Source: a virus. Taken from it: 64,000 nucleotides of DNA. The stretch's first letter is position 1. Every line of letters begins with the position of its first letter. Where the stretch lies: IMG/VR virus record IMGVR_UViG_3300001605_000008, positions 64,001 to 128,000 of that record. The stretch is one strand, 5' to 3'. Below, one piece after another: positions 8,155 to 18,119 of the stretch. The notes beneath the pieces are model-generated. The model made no database searches and was not told where the DNA came from. It saw only the letters and a program-made list of their open reading frames with translations. A program made the translations under genes and the position numbers.

Positions 8155-9860
8155 AGTCTTCCCACTGCCACTTCCATGGTAACAATATTATCCCCGGGAT
8201 GATCCTCCAGACTCTTGCCCACGATACAACCGGGTTCGTATTTATTGGGATCAAGTCTTTGGCAAACGCCGGCTATGCTGCTGGCAACCAGGCGATCCCC
8301 TTTGGCTACTGGTCCTTTGACCCTGGCCGGTACACGTCCTTGCAACGCAATAGCCACGGGATACTCACCGGGCTGTCCGGCATTCATCAAGTAGCTGGGA
8401 TTGGTAGATACCACACCGGCTATTTTGATAGAATGAGATACCGAGGTCGCTGTGACTTCCTGGTTACCACCAAAATCCAGCAACGTGCCCGGAGAATACG
8501 GAGCATCTGCTGCATACATCTCGGCCAAGTCAGCGTACTGTGCTGACGTTGCTTTGGCAAAAACAGTGTTAAAGTAGGTAGTGGCATTTCCAATATTGCC
8601 CACACCGTTGGCATTGTTGTTGGTGATGTTACCGCAGGCCACGTTACCAGTTGAGACTGTAAGGCTTGATCCGGTAATTGCTGCACCGGTAATAGCACCA
8701 GTGGCCGAGACAAGACCAGCTGTACGTAAGTTGCCACCTTGCACATTGCCGGTCACACTCAAGGATCCCAAGGTACCAACTGATGTGATATTGGTCTGTG
8801 CTGCTGTTTCTAAAGTACCGGCTATGTTGGTAAACGCACCACGTGTACCACTTATGTTGCCAGACGTGATGTTACCAGTTACTGCTAACGAACCTAGCGT
8901 GCCAACTGATGTGATATTGGTCTGTGCTGCTGTGAGCAATGTACCTGTGAGATTTGTGCCTGAAACGTTGGCTGCTGTAACATTGCCAGCTGCACTGATA
9001 CCTACGTTGGCTGTCCAGGCATTGGCTGTGTTGTTGTAGATCCAGGTCACTACTGAATTGTTGCCCAACAGCAAACCAGCACCGTTTACAGCACTCTGTG
9101 TGTTTACGTTGTTGGCCAAGACGATGTCTTTTTCATTGGTAGTGATAGTGGTAGAATCAATGTAGGTTACATTACCTTGCACTGATAGGTTACCAGCAAT
9201 TACCACGTTGCCTTCTATGCCAGAAGTACTGGGATCTATGGTCAGGGTAGAACCTGTGCTGATGATAGTATTGCCGCTGAGTGTGATGCCACCACCTGTG
9301 ACGTTGCCCGTGGCTGATACCGCACCTGCTGTGTTGATGTTACCACCTGTGACGTTGCCAGTGGCTGTGATCAATCCACCTGTGATCAGATTGGCACCTG
9401 TGACGTTGCCACTGCTGGATATCGCACCTGAATTTAAAGATGTCAGTGTACCCACTGACGTGATGTTTGTTTGTGCTGCTGTGAGCAGTGTGCCAGTTAA
9501 ATTAGTAGCTGCTACGTTGCCAGCAGTAACATTACCGCTTACACTCAGTCGAGGCATGTTAACATTGCCTGTGCCGTTTGGCGTAATCACGATGTTGGCA
9601 TTAGCAGCCGATGTCTGAATGTCTAACTGTGCAGAATCAATGATAGCACCTGAAATCAGCAGGTTACCACCCGTGATATTACCGGTAGATACTGTTAAAC
9701 TTGTGCCTGTCAGAGCAGCACCTGTTATACCACCTGTGGCTGAAATCAATCCAGCTGTCAGCACATTTCCGGCCTGGACATTGCCCACGGCTGTTGCTGC
9801 TGCTAGGTTGCCTACTCTGCTGTCGTCAATTACGGTTATGCCATTAATCTTTATCGCCAT
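8151..9860 (-). CDS. Tail fibre/spike-like repeat protein with C-terminal ADLAEMY domain (Peptidase_G2-like)
   Basis: GNVTGG/TAAQTNITSVGTL repeats; C-terminal ATSAQYADLAEMY...GVVSTNPSYLMN..IALQGRVP. Confidence 0.7.
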   Translation of the reverse strand: MAIKINGITVIDDSRVGNLAAATAVGNVQAGNVLTAGLISATGGITGAALTGTSLTVSTGNITGGNLLISGAIIDSAQLDIQTSAANANIVITPNGTGNVNMPRLSVSGNVTAGNVAATNLTGTLLTAAQTNITSVGTLTSLNSGAISSSGNVTGANLITGGLITATGNVTGGNINTAGAVSATGNVTGGGITLSGNTIISTGSTLTIDPSTSGIEGNVVIAGNLSVQGNVTYIDSTTITTNEKDIVLANNVNTQSAVNGAGLLLGNNSVVTWIYNNTANAWTANVGISAAGNVTAANVSGTNLTGTLLTAAQTNITSVGTLGSLAVTGNITSGNISGTRGAFTNIAGTLETAAQTNITSVGTLGSLSVTGNVQGGNLRTAGLVSATGAITGAAITGSSLTVSTGNVACGNITNNNANGVGNIGNATTYFNTVFAKATSAQYADLAEMYAADAPYSPGTLLDFGGNQEVTATSVSHSIKIAGVVSTNPSYLMNAGQPGEYPVAIALQGRVPARVKGPVAKGDRLVASSIAGVCQRLDPNKYEPGCIVGKSLEDHPGDNIVTMEVAVGRL

Positions 9861-9888
9861 CTTCGTTCTCCTTGTCTATGAACTCGGC

Positions 9889-12800
9889 TTAATCTAGTTT
9901 CTTTTTCAGCTCGGCAATTTCTGCGCCCAGTTGCTTGATGGTCTCTACCATGAACGGTATGATCATCATATAATTGATAGATTTCAATCCATCAGATCCA
10001 GTTTTCACTGCATTGGGCAGTATTTTTTCTACATCCTGGGCCAGGAATCCATAGCTGTGCCCGGATCCATTGCGCCAGTCATATTCAACTCCGGTCAACT
10101 GGTTGATCACTGATTCCACACCCGAGATCGGATTGATGTTGGTCTTGAGTGTGGCATCTGACAGAGAGTTAACATCTTGTGCTGTGACATTGCCGGTGAC
10201 ACTGAGGTTTCCGGTGAGAGTGGTCTGTGTTTGTCCAACCACCAAGACATTGGCTGTGCCGTTTACTGTGATATAGCCATTGCCGTTCAATCCAGCGATA
10301 CCAATCGTGCTAGTGCCTTGAGTCAGTGCAGCAACATCAATGTTGCCAACGTCTATGTCAGCTGCAGTGACTCCATCGCTGGTAAACACACCAAACGTAG
10401 TCGAGTTGATCTCTTTGAGCTGCAGTCCTCCCAAGAATATGGTATTGCCAGACAAGTACAAGTCGTCCCATCGCTGGGTGCTGGAACCAAGATTGCCACT
10501 GAGATTAGACACCGGCAACAAGTCACCGGTGATCAGCACATCATTTGTGGTCTCACTCACAGCTACCACAGCATTGGCTGGAGAGTTGGTGATCTGAGTC
10601 ACTGTACTGGTAGTAGTCAATATACGAGTATCTATCACGTCCGTAGTTTCGGGCGCTTCTGTAAATGTCAGTACATTTCCGGTTACCGCATAAGCAGTGA
10701 CAGGTTGTTGTACCACACCGTTGATCGACACTATAGTAGCAGCCGTAGTTGAGTCTTCGCTGAGTGTGAACACCAGCGTGGATCCATCGCCCACAAACTC
10801 ATCAGCGGTAATAACTGTAAATTCTGGCACACCCACTGGTTCCCAACCGGTTGATGTATAAATCTCAAGCCCGTCTGATGTGCTGCTGAATCGCATCATA
10901 CCTATAGTAGCAGGATCTGGACGCTGTGCGATATTGCCCACGGGCATCTTGATAGAATTTGTGGTGTTGAAACTTACTATCGCGTTGGTTATAGCACCAG
11001 AATTACCAAATGCTGCTGTTCCCAATCCTGCATCTACATAGAATACATTGGCTACGGTGTCACCATCTACTGCAAAATCTGTATCAATGTCAGATCCATT
11101 TATAGTGATACGCCCAGCAGCCGGACCATCAATGGTTCCTGATGTTAGTATTAGATTGGCACCTGTGATGTTACCGGTGGCTGTGACCACGCCGGCTGTT
11201 CTTAAATTGCCGCCTTGGACGTTGCCTGTTGCTGTGACCTGACCTGCGGTGTTGACATTGCCGCCTGTGACGTTGCCTGTTGCTGTGACTAATCCAACAG
11301 TAGATACATTACCACCTATGACATTACCAGTTGCTACCACATTAGCATCAGATGTGATATTACCTGTGGCCGATACCACACCGGCTGTTCTTAAATTGCC
11401 ACCCTGAACGTTACCAGTAACTGTGGCTAGACCTCCGGTAACAAGATTACCACCTGTGACGTTGCCTGTGGCTGTGACCACACCTGCTGTGGTAACATTA
11501 CCACCTGTGACGTTGCCTGTGGCTGTGACCACACCTGCTGTGGTTAAGTTACCACCAACAACATTTCCATTTGATACAGTCAGCGTGTTTGTGGCCGAAT
11601 TAAATGTGAAGTTTGCACTGGCACCCAGGAGATCATTATTGTTAAACTGCACCTGTGTGTTGGCTCCAGCGGCATCAATATTACCAAAAATATTACCAAT
11701 AAAGTTTGCAGCAGTAACATTACCAGATACTGAAACATTTCCACCAGTGATATTACCAGAACCAACTCCTAGGTTTCCTCCAGTAATGTTTCCAGTAGCA
11801 CTGATCTGACCGGCTGTGTTTACGTTACCACCTGTGACATTGCCTGTTGCTGACAATGTGGTGCCAAACACCCCAGTAGTATTGACATTACCTGAATTTA
11901 CGTTGCCTGTGACACTGACCACACCTGCGGTGTTGATGTTGCCACCTGTGACGTTGCCTGTAGCTGTGACAACTCCCCCAGTGGTCAAGTTGCCACCTGT
12001 GACGTTGCCTGTAGCTGTGACAACTCCCCCAGTGGTCAAGTTGCCACCTGTGACGTTGCCTGTGGCTGTGACCACACCTGCTGTAGTAACATTACCACCT
12101 GTGACATTGCCTGTGGCTGTGACCACTCCTGATGTGGTAACATTACCACCTGTGACGTTGCCGGTAGCGGAAACAAGACCGGTAGTTCTCAGATTACCTG
12201 CTTGCACATTGCCTGTAGCACTAATAGTGGTGCCAAATACTCCAGTGGTATTGACATTGCCTGAATTAACATTGCCTGTAGCACTGATCGCACCTGCGGT
12301 ATTGATGTTGCCACCTGTAACATTGCCTGTGACTGTGGCAAATCCAGATGTTATGAGATTTCCACCGGTAACATTGCCAGATGCTGATACAATAGTAGCA
12401 TATACACCTGTGGTGTTTACGTTGGCAGAATTAACATTACCTGACGCACTTACTATTCCTGTAGTATTAAAGTTACCACCAGTGACATTACCAGTAGCTG
12501 TGACAAATCCTGTGGTTGATACATTGCCGCCGATAACATTGCCAACTGCCGAAACAAATGTATTAGATGTCAGACTATTGACTAAAATATTACCAGTGAC
12601 ATCAAGATTTCCAATTTCAACGTTACCAATTACAGCACTGTTGGCAATCAAATATTCACCAGTAACATTACCGGCTGTGTTGAGATTTCCACCAGTGATG
12701 TTACCAGTTGACGATATCAAACCTACTGTGAGTATATTACCGGCTTGTACGTTGCCTGTTGCACTTACTACTCCAGCTGTATTGACGTTACCGCCCGTGA

Positions 12801-15800
12801 TGTTACCAGTAGCAGTAACTTGTCCTGCTGTGGTTAAGTTGCCACCTGTGACGTTGCCTGTGGCTGTGACCACACCTGCTGTGGTTACATTTCCACCTGT
12901 GACGTTGCCTGTGGCACTTACTAGACCTACAGTGCGTAGATTACCACCTTGGATGTTGCCTGAAGCACTCACGGTAGAGGAATTGACTGCATTGGCAATG
13001 TTGGCATTTCCGCCAACCAAATTACCACTTGCACTCACAGTAACGCCTTGCACCAGAGCCAGTGATATTACATTACCACCTGTGACATTGCCAGTGGCTG
13101 TGACTTGTCCTGCTGTGGTTAAGTTGCCACCTGTGACGTTGCCTGTAGCAGTAACTTGTCCTGCTGTGGTTAAGTTACCACCTGTGACATTACCTGTGGC
13201 TGTGACTACACCTGCTGTGTTAATATTACCGCCTGTGATGTTACCAGAAGCACTCACGGTAGAGGAATTGACTGCATTGGTAATGTTGGCATTTCCGCCA
13301 ACCAAATTACCACTTGCACTCACAGTAACGCCTTGCACTAGAGCCAGTGATATTACATTGCCGCCGGTGACGTTACCAGTTGCACTGACCACACCTGCGG
13401 TGTTGACATTACCGAATGTGCCTGTTCCCGTAGCACTGACCTGACCTGCTGTGGTTAAGTTACCACCTGTGACATTGCCTGTGGCAGTAACAACTCCCCC
13501 AGTAGTCAAGTTGCCACCTGTGACGTTGCCTGTGGAACTCACAGTACCTCCTGTGGCCACATTACCAAATGTACCTGTGCCTGTAGCGCTTACAGTACCG
13601 CCTGTGGCCACATTACCAAATGTACCTGTGCCTGTGGCACTGACCTGACCTGCTGTGGTTACATTTCCACCTGTGACGTTGCCTGTGGCACTTACCAAGC
13701 CCACGGTACGTAGATTACCACCCTGGATGTTACCAGACGCACTTACTGTAGCAGAATTGACTGCGTTGGTGATGTTGGCGTTGCCACCCACTAGGTTACC
13801 GGTAGCCGAAACGTTGGCACCAGTGACAGTACCTGTGACAGAAAGACTGGTACCTGTGGCAGCACCAATGTTGGGTGTGGTAAGGTTCGCACCGGCCTTG
13901 ACCACGATGTTGCCACTGCCATCAAAGGCCGTGGTATCATTATCAACTTTGGCTGAAAATACCGTACCATTCAATACTAGACCAGCCGCGGTGTTGGCTG
14001 TATAGACCTGGCTAGCCGAAAACTGTGTAAAAATAAGATTGTCATAGCCAATGATTGTGGGACCAATGGGTTCGGTCATCACATAACTTTCACCTGCGCC
14101 TGAATCGCCTGCGATCACATAAAAGTAATCACCTGCATCAAGTCCGTTGGTATCATCAGGCTTATAGGTATCCATATCCGAGCTACGTGTGAGCTGCCAG
14201 GCTGTAGTGGCATTACCTGCTTCTGTGACCACATAAACACCGTTGTGCGCTGCATTGGCCTGTGAATAGATCAATATCCGATCACTGTTGGCTACTGTGG
14301 CACCATCAATCACCAGTGTGGCATTGGCTCCGGCGTTGGTCAGCGTGGCACCTTGGCCAGAATTGATACGCACCGGCTGTGTAAGGCTGCCGCCTGTTGT
14401 TATATCAGTGACAGGAGCACCGCTCCAGGTACGACTCAGCACAGCAGCCGAAGTGTTGGGTGCTGATACCACAAAGTAAGGTGTGTTACCCAAAACACCA
14501 TTAAATGAATTTGTAAACCAATACTGGTCGTTGACCTGGGGATTGATCGCTGAGGAAAATACCACGGTATTGCCAGCTATGGTATTGGTCACTGTAGCAG
14601 TGGTACCACCTTGTGTGTAGGTACCGTTAACTGCTGAATTAGCTTCGTATCGTACTGGAGCATGGATCGTGAGTCCAGCGCTTACAGCGTTGTCAACATA
14701 TTCTTTGGTGGCTGCATCTTGTGCTTGTACTGGATCAGACAGATTGTTGATCCATTGACCATTCATCACAATGTTGCCAGCTCCATCCCACTGCAGATTC
14801 CCACCCGCAGAAGTCAATATTAAATCGCCAGCGGCTGTGGTAACTTCCGGAGTAACAATCCGAGCTGCTGTGGTAATATTACCTGTGGCTGATATTTGTC
14901 CTGCTGTGGTTACATTACCACCTGTGACATTGCCTGTGGCAGAAACTACACCAGCGGTGCGTAAATTACCACCTTGGACGTTGCCAGTTGCACTTACCAC
15001 ACCTGCGGTGTTGATGTTACCACCTGTGACGTTACCAGAAGCACTCACCGTAGCAGAATTAACTGCATTGGTGATGTTGGCATTGCCACCTACTAGATTA
15101 CCACTTGCACTCACAGTAACGCCTTGTACTAGCGCTTGTGATATCACATTACCACCTGTGACATTGCCTGCGGTGCTGACATTCCCACCAATAACGTTGC
15201 CAGTAGCACTTACTTGACCAGCTGTGTTGACATTGCCACCTGTGACGTTGCCGGTAGCAGTAACTACTCCACCAGTAGTTATATTGCCACCCGTGACATT
15301 ACCTGTTGCTGACACAGTAGCGGAATTGACCGCATTGGTGATGTTGGCATTTCCGCCAACCAAATTACCACTTGCACTCACAGTAACGCCTTGTACCAGA
15401 GCCAGTGATATTACGTTACCACCTGTGACGTTGCCTGTAGCAGTTACTACTCCGGCTGTGGTTAGATTACCGCCTGTGACGTTGCCTGTAGCAGAAACAA
15501 GACCAGTGGTTCTTAAATTACCACCTTGGACGTTACCTGTAGCAGAAACTACACCTGCTGTATTGATGTTACCACCTGTGACGTTGCCAGAAGCACTCAC
15601 AGTAGCAGAATTGACCGCATTGGTGATGTTGGCATTGCCACCTACTAGGTTACCACTTGCTGACAAAGTAACACCTTGTACCAGAGCCAGTGATATTACG
15701 TTACCACCTGTGACATTGCCGGTGGCAGTGACCGCACCTGCGGTATTGATGTTTCCACCTGTAACATTGCCGGTGGCAGTGACTACGCCGGCTGTGGTTA

Positions 15801-18048
15801 AGTTACCACCTGTGACATTGCCTGTAGCAGTAACTTGTCCTGCTGTGGTTAAGTTACCACCTGTGACATTACCTGTGGCTGTGACTACACCTGCTGTGCT
15901 GACATTGCCACCTGTGACATTGCCAGACGCACTCACAGTAGCAGAATTAACTGCGTTGGTAATATTAGCGTTGCCACCTACTAGATTACCACTTGCACTC
16001 ACAGTAACGCCTTGTACCAGAGCTTGTGATATCACATTACCACCTGTGACATTGCCGGTAGCTGTGACAACTCCTACTGTGGTAACATTACCACCTGTAA
16101 CATTGCCTGTGGCAGAAATTAACCCAGTAGTGCGCAAATTACCACCTTGGACGTTGCCTGCAGCAGATACCTGTCCATTGGTGCGAAGATTTCCACCTTC
16201 AACGTTACCTGTCACACTAAACAAACTAGTTGCAGGATTAAATGTTAGATTAGCACTGGCAGCAAGTACGTCACCGGTACCATTGAATTGTATTTCATTG
16301 ATATTTCCAGCAGCATCAATGTTTCCTGCAAATGATCCTGCAGTGATCGTGCCCGACACTGATATGTTTCCTGCAGCAATATTACCAATGCCTACACTGA
16401 GATTGCCACCTGTGACGTTGCCTGTGGCGCTGACCGCACCGGCTGTGTTGACATTGCCACCTGTGACGTTGCCAGTAGCAGAAACCGTGCCAGCAGTGGT
16501 CACATTACCAAACGTACCTGTTCCTGTGGCGCTTACGGTGCCACCTGTGGCCACATTACCAAACGTACCTGTTCCTGTGGCGCTTACGGTGCCACCTGTG
16601 GCTAGATTACCACCTGTTACATTACCAGATGCGCTGACGGTAGTACCAAACACCCCAGTAGTATTAACATTACCCGAATTTACGTTGCCTGTGGCACTGA
16701 TCGAACCTGCGGTGTTGACATTGCCGCCTGTGACGTTACCAGTAGCACTGACTAAACCTGCGGTGTTGACATTGCCACCTGTGATGTTGCCTGTGGCTGT
16801 GACCACACCTGCTGTGGTCAGATTACCGCCTGTGACATTGCCTGTGGCTGATAATGTAACACCTTGCACCAGAGCCTGTGATATTACATTACCACCTGTG
16901 ACGTTGCCAGTGGCAGAAACTGTGCCAGCAGTGGCTACATTACCAAATGTACCTGTGCCTGTGGCACTGACTGCACCTGCAGTATTGACATTGCCACCTG
17001 TGACATTACCTGTGGCTGTAACCACACCTGCTGTGGTTAAATTACCACCCGTGACATTGCCTGTTGCACTCACTAACCCAGCTGTGTTGACATTACCACC
17101 TGTGACATTTCCCCCAGCTGATACTGTGCCGGCTGTGGCTACGTTGCCAAATGTACCTGTACCTGTGGCTGAAACAACACCACCTGTGTTGACATTTCCG
17201 CCCGTGACATTACCTGATGCGCTGACCGTGGTGCTGAAAACTCCCGTGGTATTAACATTGGCCGAAGTTAAATTGCCTGTAGCACTTACTTGTCCTGCTG
17301 TGGTTACATTACCACCTGTGACATTGCCAGTAGCACTTACCAGGCCTACAGTGCGTAGATTACCACCTTGGATGTTGCCAGTTGCTGAAACAACACCTGC
17401 GGTATTGATGTTACCACCTGTGACATTACCTGCGGTGCTGACGTTGCCACCCGCAACGTTGCCAGTTGCGCTGACTTGCCCGGCTGTGTTGACGTTACCA
17501 CCTGTGACATTGCCTGTGGCAGAAACCAGTCCCGTGGTCAAAAAGTTACTGGCAGCAACGTTGCCGGTAATATTGAGATTTCCCAACACATTGCCTGTAA
17601 AACTGATGTTTCCAATGTCAAGATTACCAACATTGGCTGCGGCTGCTGTGAGATTGGCCACACGGAGGCTGGCATAAGAATTGATAGTGACCGTGGTGTT
17701 TGTGACTTCAGACGTGGTGAAAATTGCCACGAACTGCTGGGCGCTTTCGTCCCAGACAAAAGCGATATTGTCTTCGGTACCGCGTTTGCCGATAAAACCA
17801 ATGTCCAGAGTGGGGCTTCCGGTTTGATCTTTGGCCAGGAGTATCAGAGGATCTTCAACGGTCAAGTTTACCGTGTCGATCGTTGTGGTGTCACCTTGTA
17901 CTGTGAGATTTCCAGCCACTGTAAGGCTGGATCCGTATGTGAGATTATTGGCAATTTTACCCGAAGTGATCGAGTAATCCTGCAGTTTTGACGCTGCATT
18001 TACTGTTAAATCAGTGATCTGATTGTTCTTGATCCGTGTCACGGCCAT
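9889..18048 (-). CDS. Giant long tail fibre (2719 aa) with C-terminal intramolecular chaperone (Peptidase S74)
   Basis: 17-aa ATGNVTGGNxxTAGxVx repeats, DAATKEYVD motif, C-terminal SLSDATLKTNI...YDW..GFLAQDVEKILPNAV. Confidence 0.85.
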   Translation of the reverse strand: MAVTRIKNNQITDLTVNAASKLQDYSITSGKIANNLTYGSSLTVAGNLTVQGDTTTIDTVNLTVEDPLILLAKDQTGSPTLDIGFIGKRGTEDNIAFVWDESAQQFVAIFTTSEVTNTTVTINSYASLRVANLTAAAANVGNLDIGNISFTGNVLGNLNITGNVAASNFLTTGLVSATGNVTGGNVNTAGQVSATGNVAGGNVSTAGNVTGGNINTAGVVSATGNIQGGNLRTVGLVSATGNVTGGNVTTAGQVSATGNLTSANVNTTGVFSTTVSASGNVTGGNVNTGGVVSATGTGTFGNVATAGTVSAGGNVTGGNVNTAGLVSATGNVTGGNLTTAGVVTATGNVTGGNVNTAGAVSATGTGTFGNVATAGTVSATGNVTGGNVISQALVQGVTLSATGNVTGGNLTTAGVVTATGNITGGNVNTAGLVSATGNVTGGNVNTAGSISATGNVNSGNVNTTGVFGTTVSASGNVTGGNLATGGTVSATGTGTFGNVATGGTVSATGTGTFGNVTTAGTVSATGNVTGGNVNTAGAVSATGNVTGGNLSVGIGNIAAGNISVSGTITAGSFAGNIDAAGNINEIQFNGTGDVLAASANLTFNPATSLFSVTGNVEGGNLRTNGQVSAAGNVQGGNLRTTGLISATGNVTGGNVTTVGVVTATGNVTGGNVISQALVQGVTVSASGNLVGGNANITNAVNSATVSASGNVTGGNVSTAGVVTATGNVTGGNLTTAGQVTATGNVTGGNLTTAGVVTATGNVTGGNINTAGAVTATGNVTGGNVISLALVQGVTLSASGNLVGGNANITNAVNSATVSASGNVTGGNINTAGVVSATGNVQGGNLRTTGLVSATGNVTGGNLTTAGVVTATGNVTGGNVISLALVQGVTVSASGNLVGGNANITNAVNSATVSATGNVTGGNITTGGVVTATGNVTGGNVNTAGQVSATGNVIGGNVSTAGNVTGGNVISQALVQGVTVSASGNLVGGNANITNAVNSATVSASGNVTGGNINTAGVVSATGNVQGGNLRTAGVVSATGNVTGGNVTTAGQISATGNITTAARIVTPEVTTAAGDLILTSAGGNLQWDGAGNIVMNGQWINNLSDPVQAQDAATKEYVDNAVSAGLTIHAPVRYEANSAVNGTYTQGGTTATVTNTIAGNTVVFSSAINPQVNDQYWFTNSFNGVLGNTPYFVVSAPNTSAAVLSRTWSGAPVTDITTGGSLTQPVRINSGQGATLTNAGANATLVIDGATVANSDRILIYSQANAAHNGVYVVTEAGNATTAWQLTRSSDMDTYKPDDTNGLDAGDYFYVIAGDSGAGESYVMTEPIGPTIIGYDNLIFTQFSASQVYTANTAAGLVLNGTVFSAKVDNDTTAFDGSGNIVVKAGANLTTPNIGAATGTSLSVTGTVTGANVSATGNLVGGNANITNAVNSATVSASGNIQGGNLRTVGLVSATGNVTGGNVTTAGQVSATGTGTFGNVATGGTVSATGTGTFGNVATGGTVSSTGNVTGGNLTTGGVVTATGNVTGGNLTTAGQVSATGTGTFGNVNTAGVVSATGNVTGGNVISLALVQGVTVSASGNLVGGNANITNAVNSSTVSASGNITGGNINTAGVVTATGNVTGGNLTTAGQVTATGNVTGGNLTTAGQVTATGNVTGGNVISLALVQGVTVSASGNLVGGNANIANAVNSSTVSASGNIQGGNLRTVGLVSATGNVTGGNVTTAGVVTATGNVTGGNLTTAGQVTATGNITGGNVNTAGVVSATGNVQAGNILTVGLISSTGNITGGNLNTAGNVTGEYLIANSAVIGNVEIGNLDVTGNILVNSLTSNTFVSAVGNVIGGNVSTTGFVTATGNVTGGNFNTTGIVSASGNVNSANVNTTGVYATIVSASGNVTGGNLITSGFATVTGNVTGGNINTAGAISATGNVNSGNVNTTGVFGTTISATGNVQAGNLRTTGLVSATGNVTGGNVTTSGVVTATGNVTGGNVTTAGVVTATGNVTGGNLTTGGVVTATGNVTGGNLTTGGVVTATGNVTGGNINTAGVVSVTGNVNSGNVNTTGVFGTTLSATGNVTGGNVNTAGQISATGNITGGNLGVGSGNITGGNVSVSGNVTAANFIGNIFGNIDAAGANTQVQFNNNDLLGASANFTFNSATNTLTVSNGNVVGGNLTTAGVVTATGNVTGGNVTTAGVVTATGNVTGGNLVTGGLATVTGNVQGGNLRTAGVVSATGNITSDANVVATGNVIGGNVSTVGLVTATGNVTGGNVNTAGQVTATGNVQGGNLRTAGVVTATGNITGANLILTSGTIDGPAAGRITINGSDIDTDFAVDGDTVANVFYVDAGLGTAAFGNSGAITNAIVSFNTTNSIKMPVGNIAQRPDPATIGMMRFSSTSDGLEIYTSTGWEPVGVPEFTVITADEFVGDGSTLVFTLSEDSTTAATIVSINGVVQQPVTAYAVTGNVLTFTEAPETTDVIDTRILTTTSTVTQITNSPANAVVAVSETTNDVLITGDLLPVSNLSGNLGSSTQRWDDLYLSGNTIFLGGLQLKEINSTTFGVFTSDGVTAADIDVGNIDVAALTQGTSTIGIAGLNGNGYITVNGTANVLVVGQTQTTLTGNLSVTGNVTAQDVNSLSDATLKTNINPISGVESVINQLTGVEYDWRNGSGHSYGFLAQDVEKILPNAVKTGSDGLKSINYMMIIPFMVETIKQLGAEIAELKKKLD
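11941..12063. repeat. Identical 51-bp tandem repeat (~2.4 copies) within the fibre gene
   Basis: gccacctgtgacgttgcctgtagctgtgacaactcccccagtggtcaagtt starts at 11941 and 11992, partial at 12043. Confidence 0.9.
16501..16602. repeat. Identical 51-bp tandem duplication within the fibre gene
   Basis: cacattaccaaacgtacctgttcctgtggcgcttacggtgccacctgtggc at 16501 and again at 16552. Confidence 0.85.
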
Positions 18049-18079
18049 TGCTATTCTCCTGCCCCAAGGCTAATAGCAC

Positions 18080-18085
18080 TATTTA
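18080..18085 (-). promoter_or_regulatory. Late promoter core TAAATA (giant fibre)
   Basis: GCTAAATA upstream of GGAG SD and ATG 18048. Confidence 0.6.
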
Positions 18086-18119
18086 GCGGATTGATAGATC
18101 TTAACTAGCTGCGGTTATC

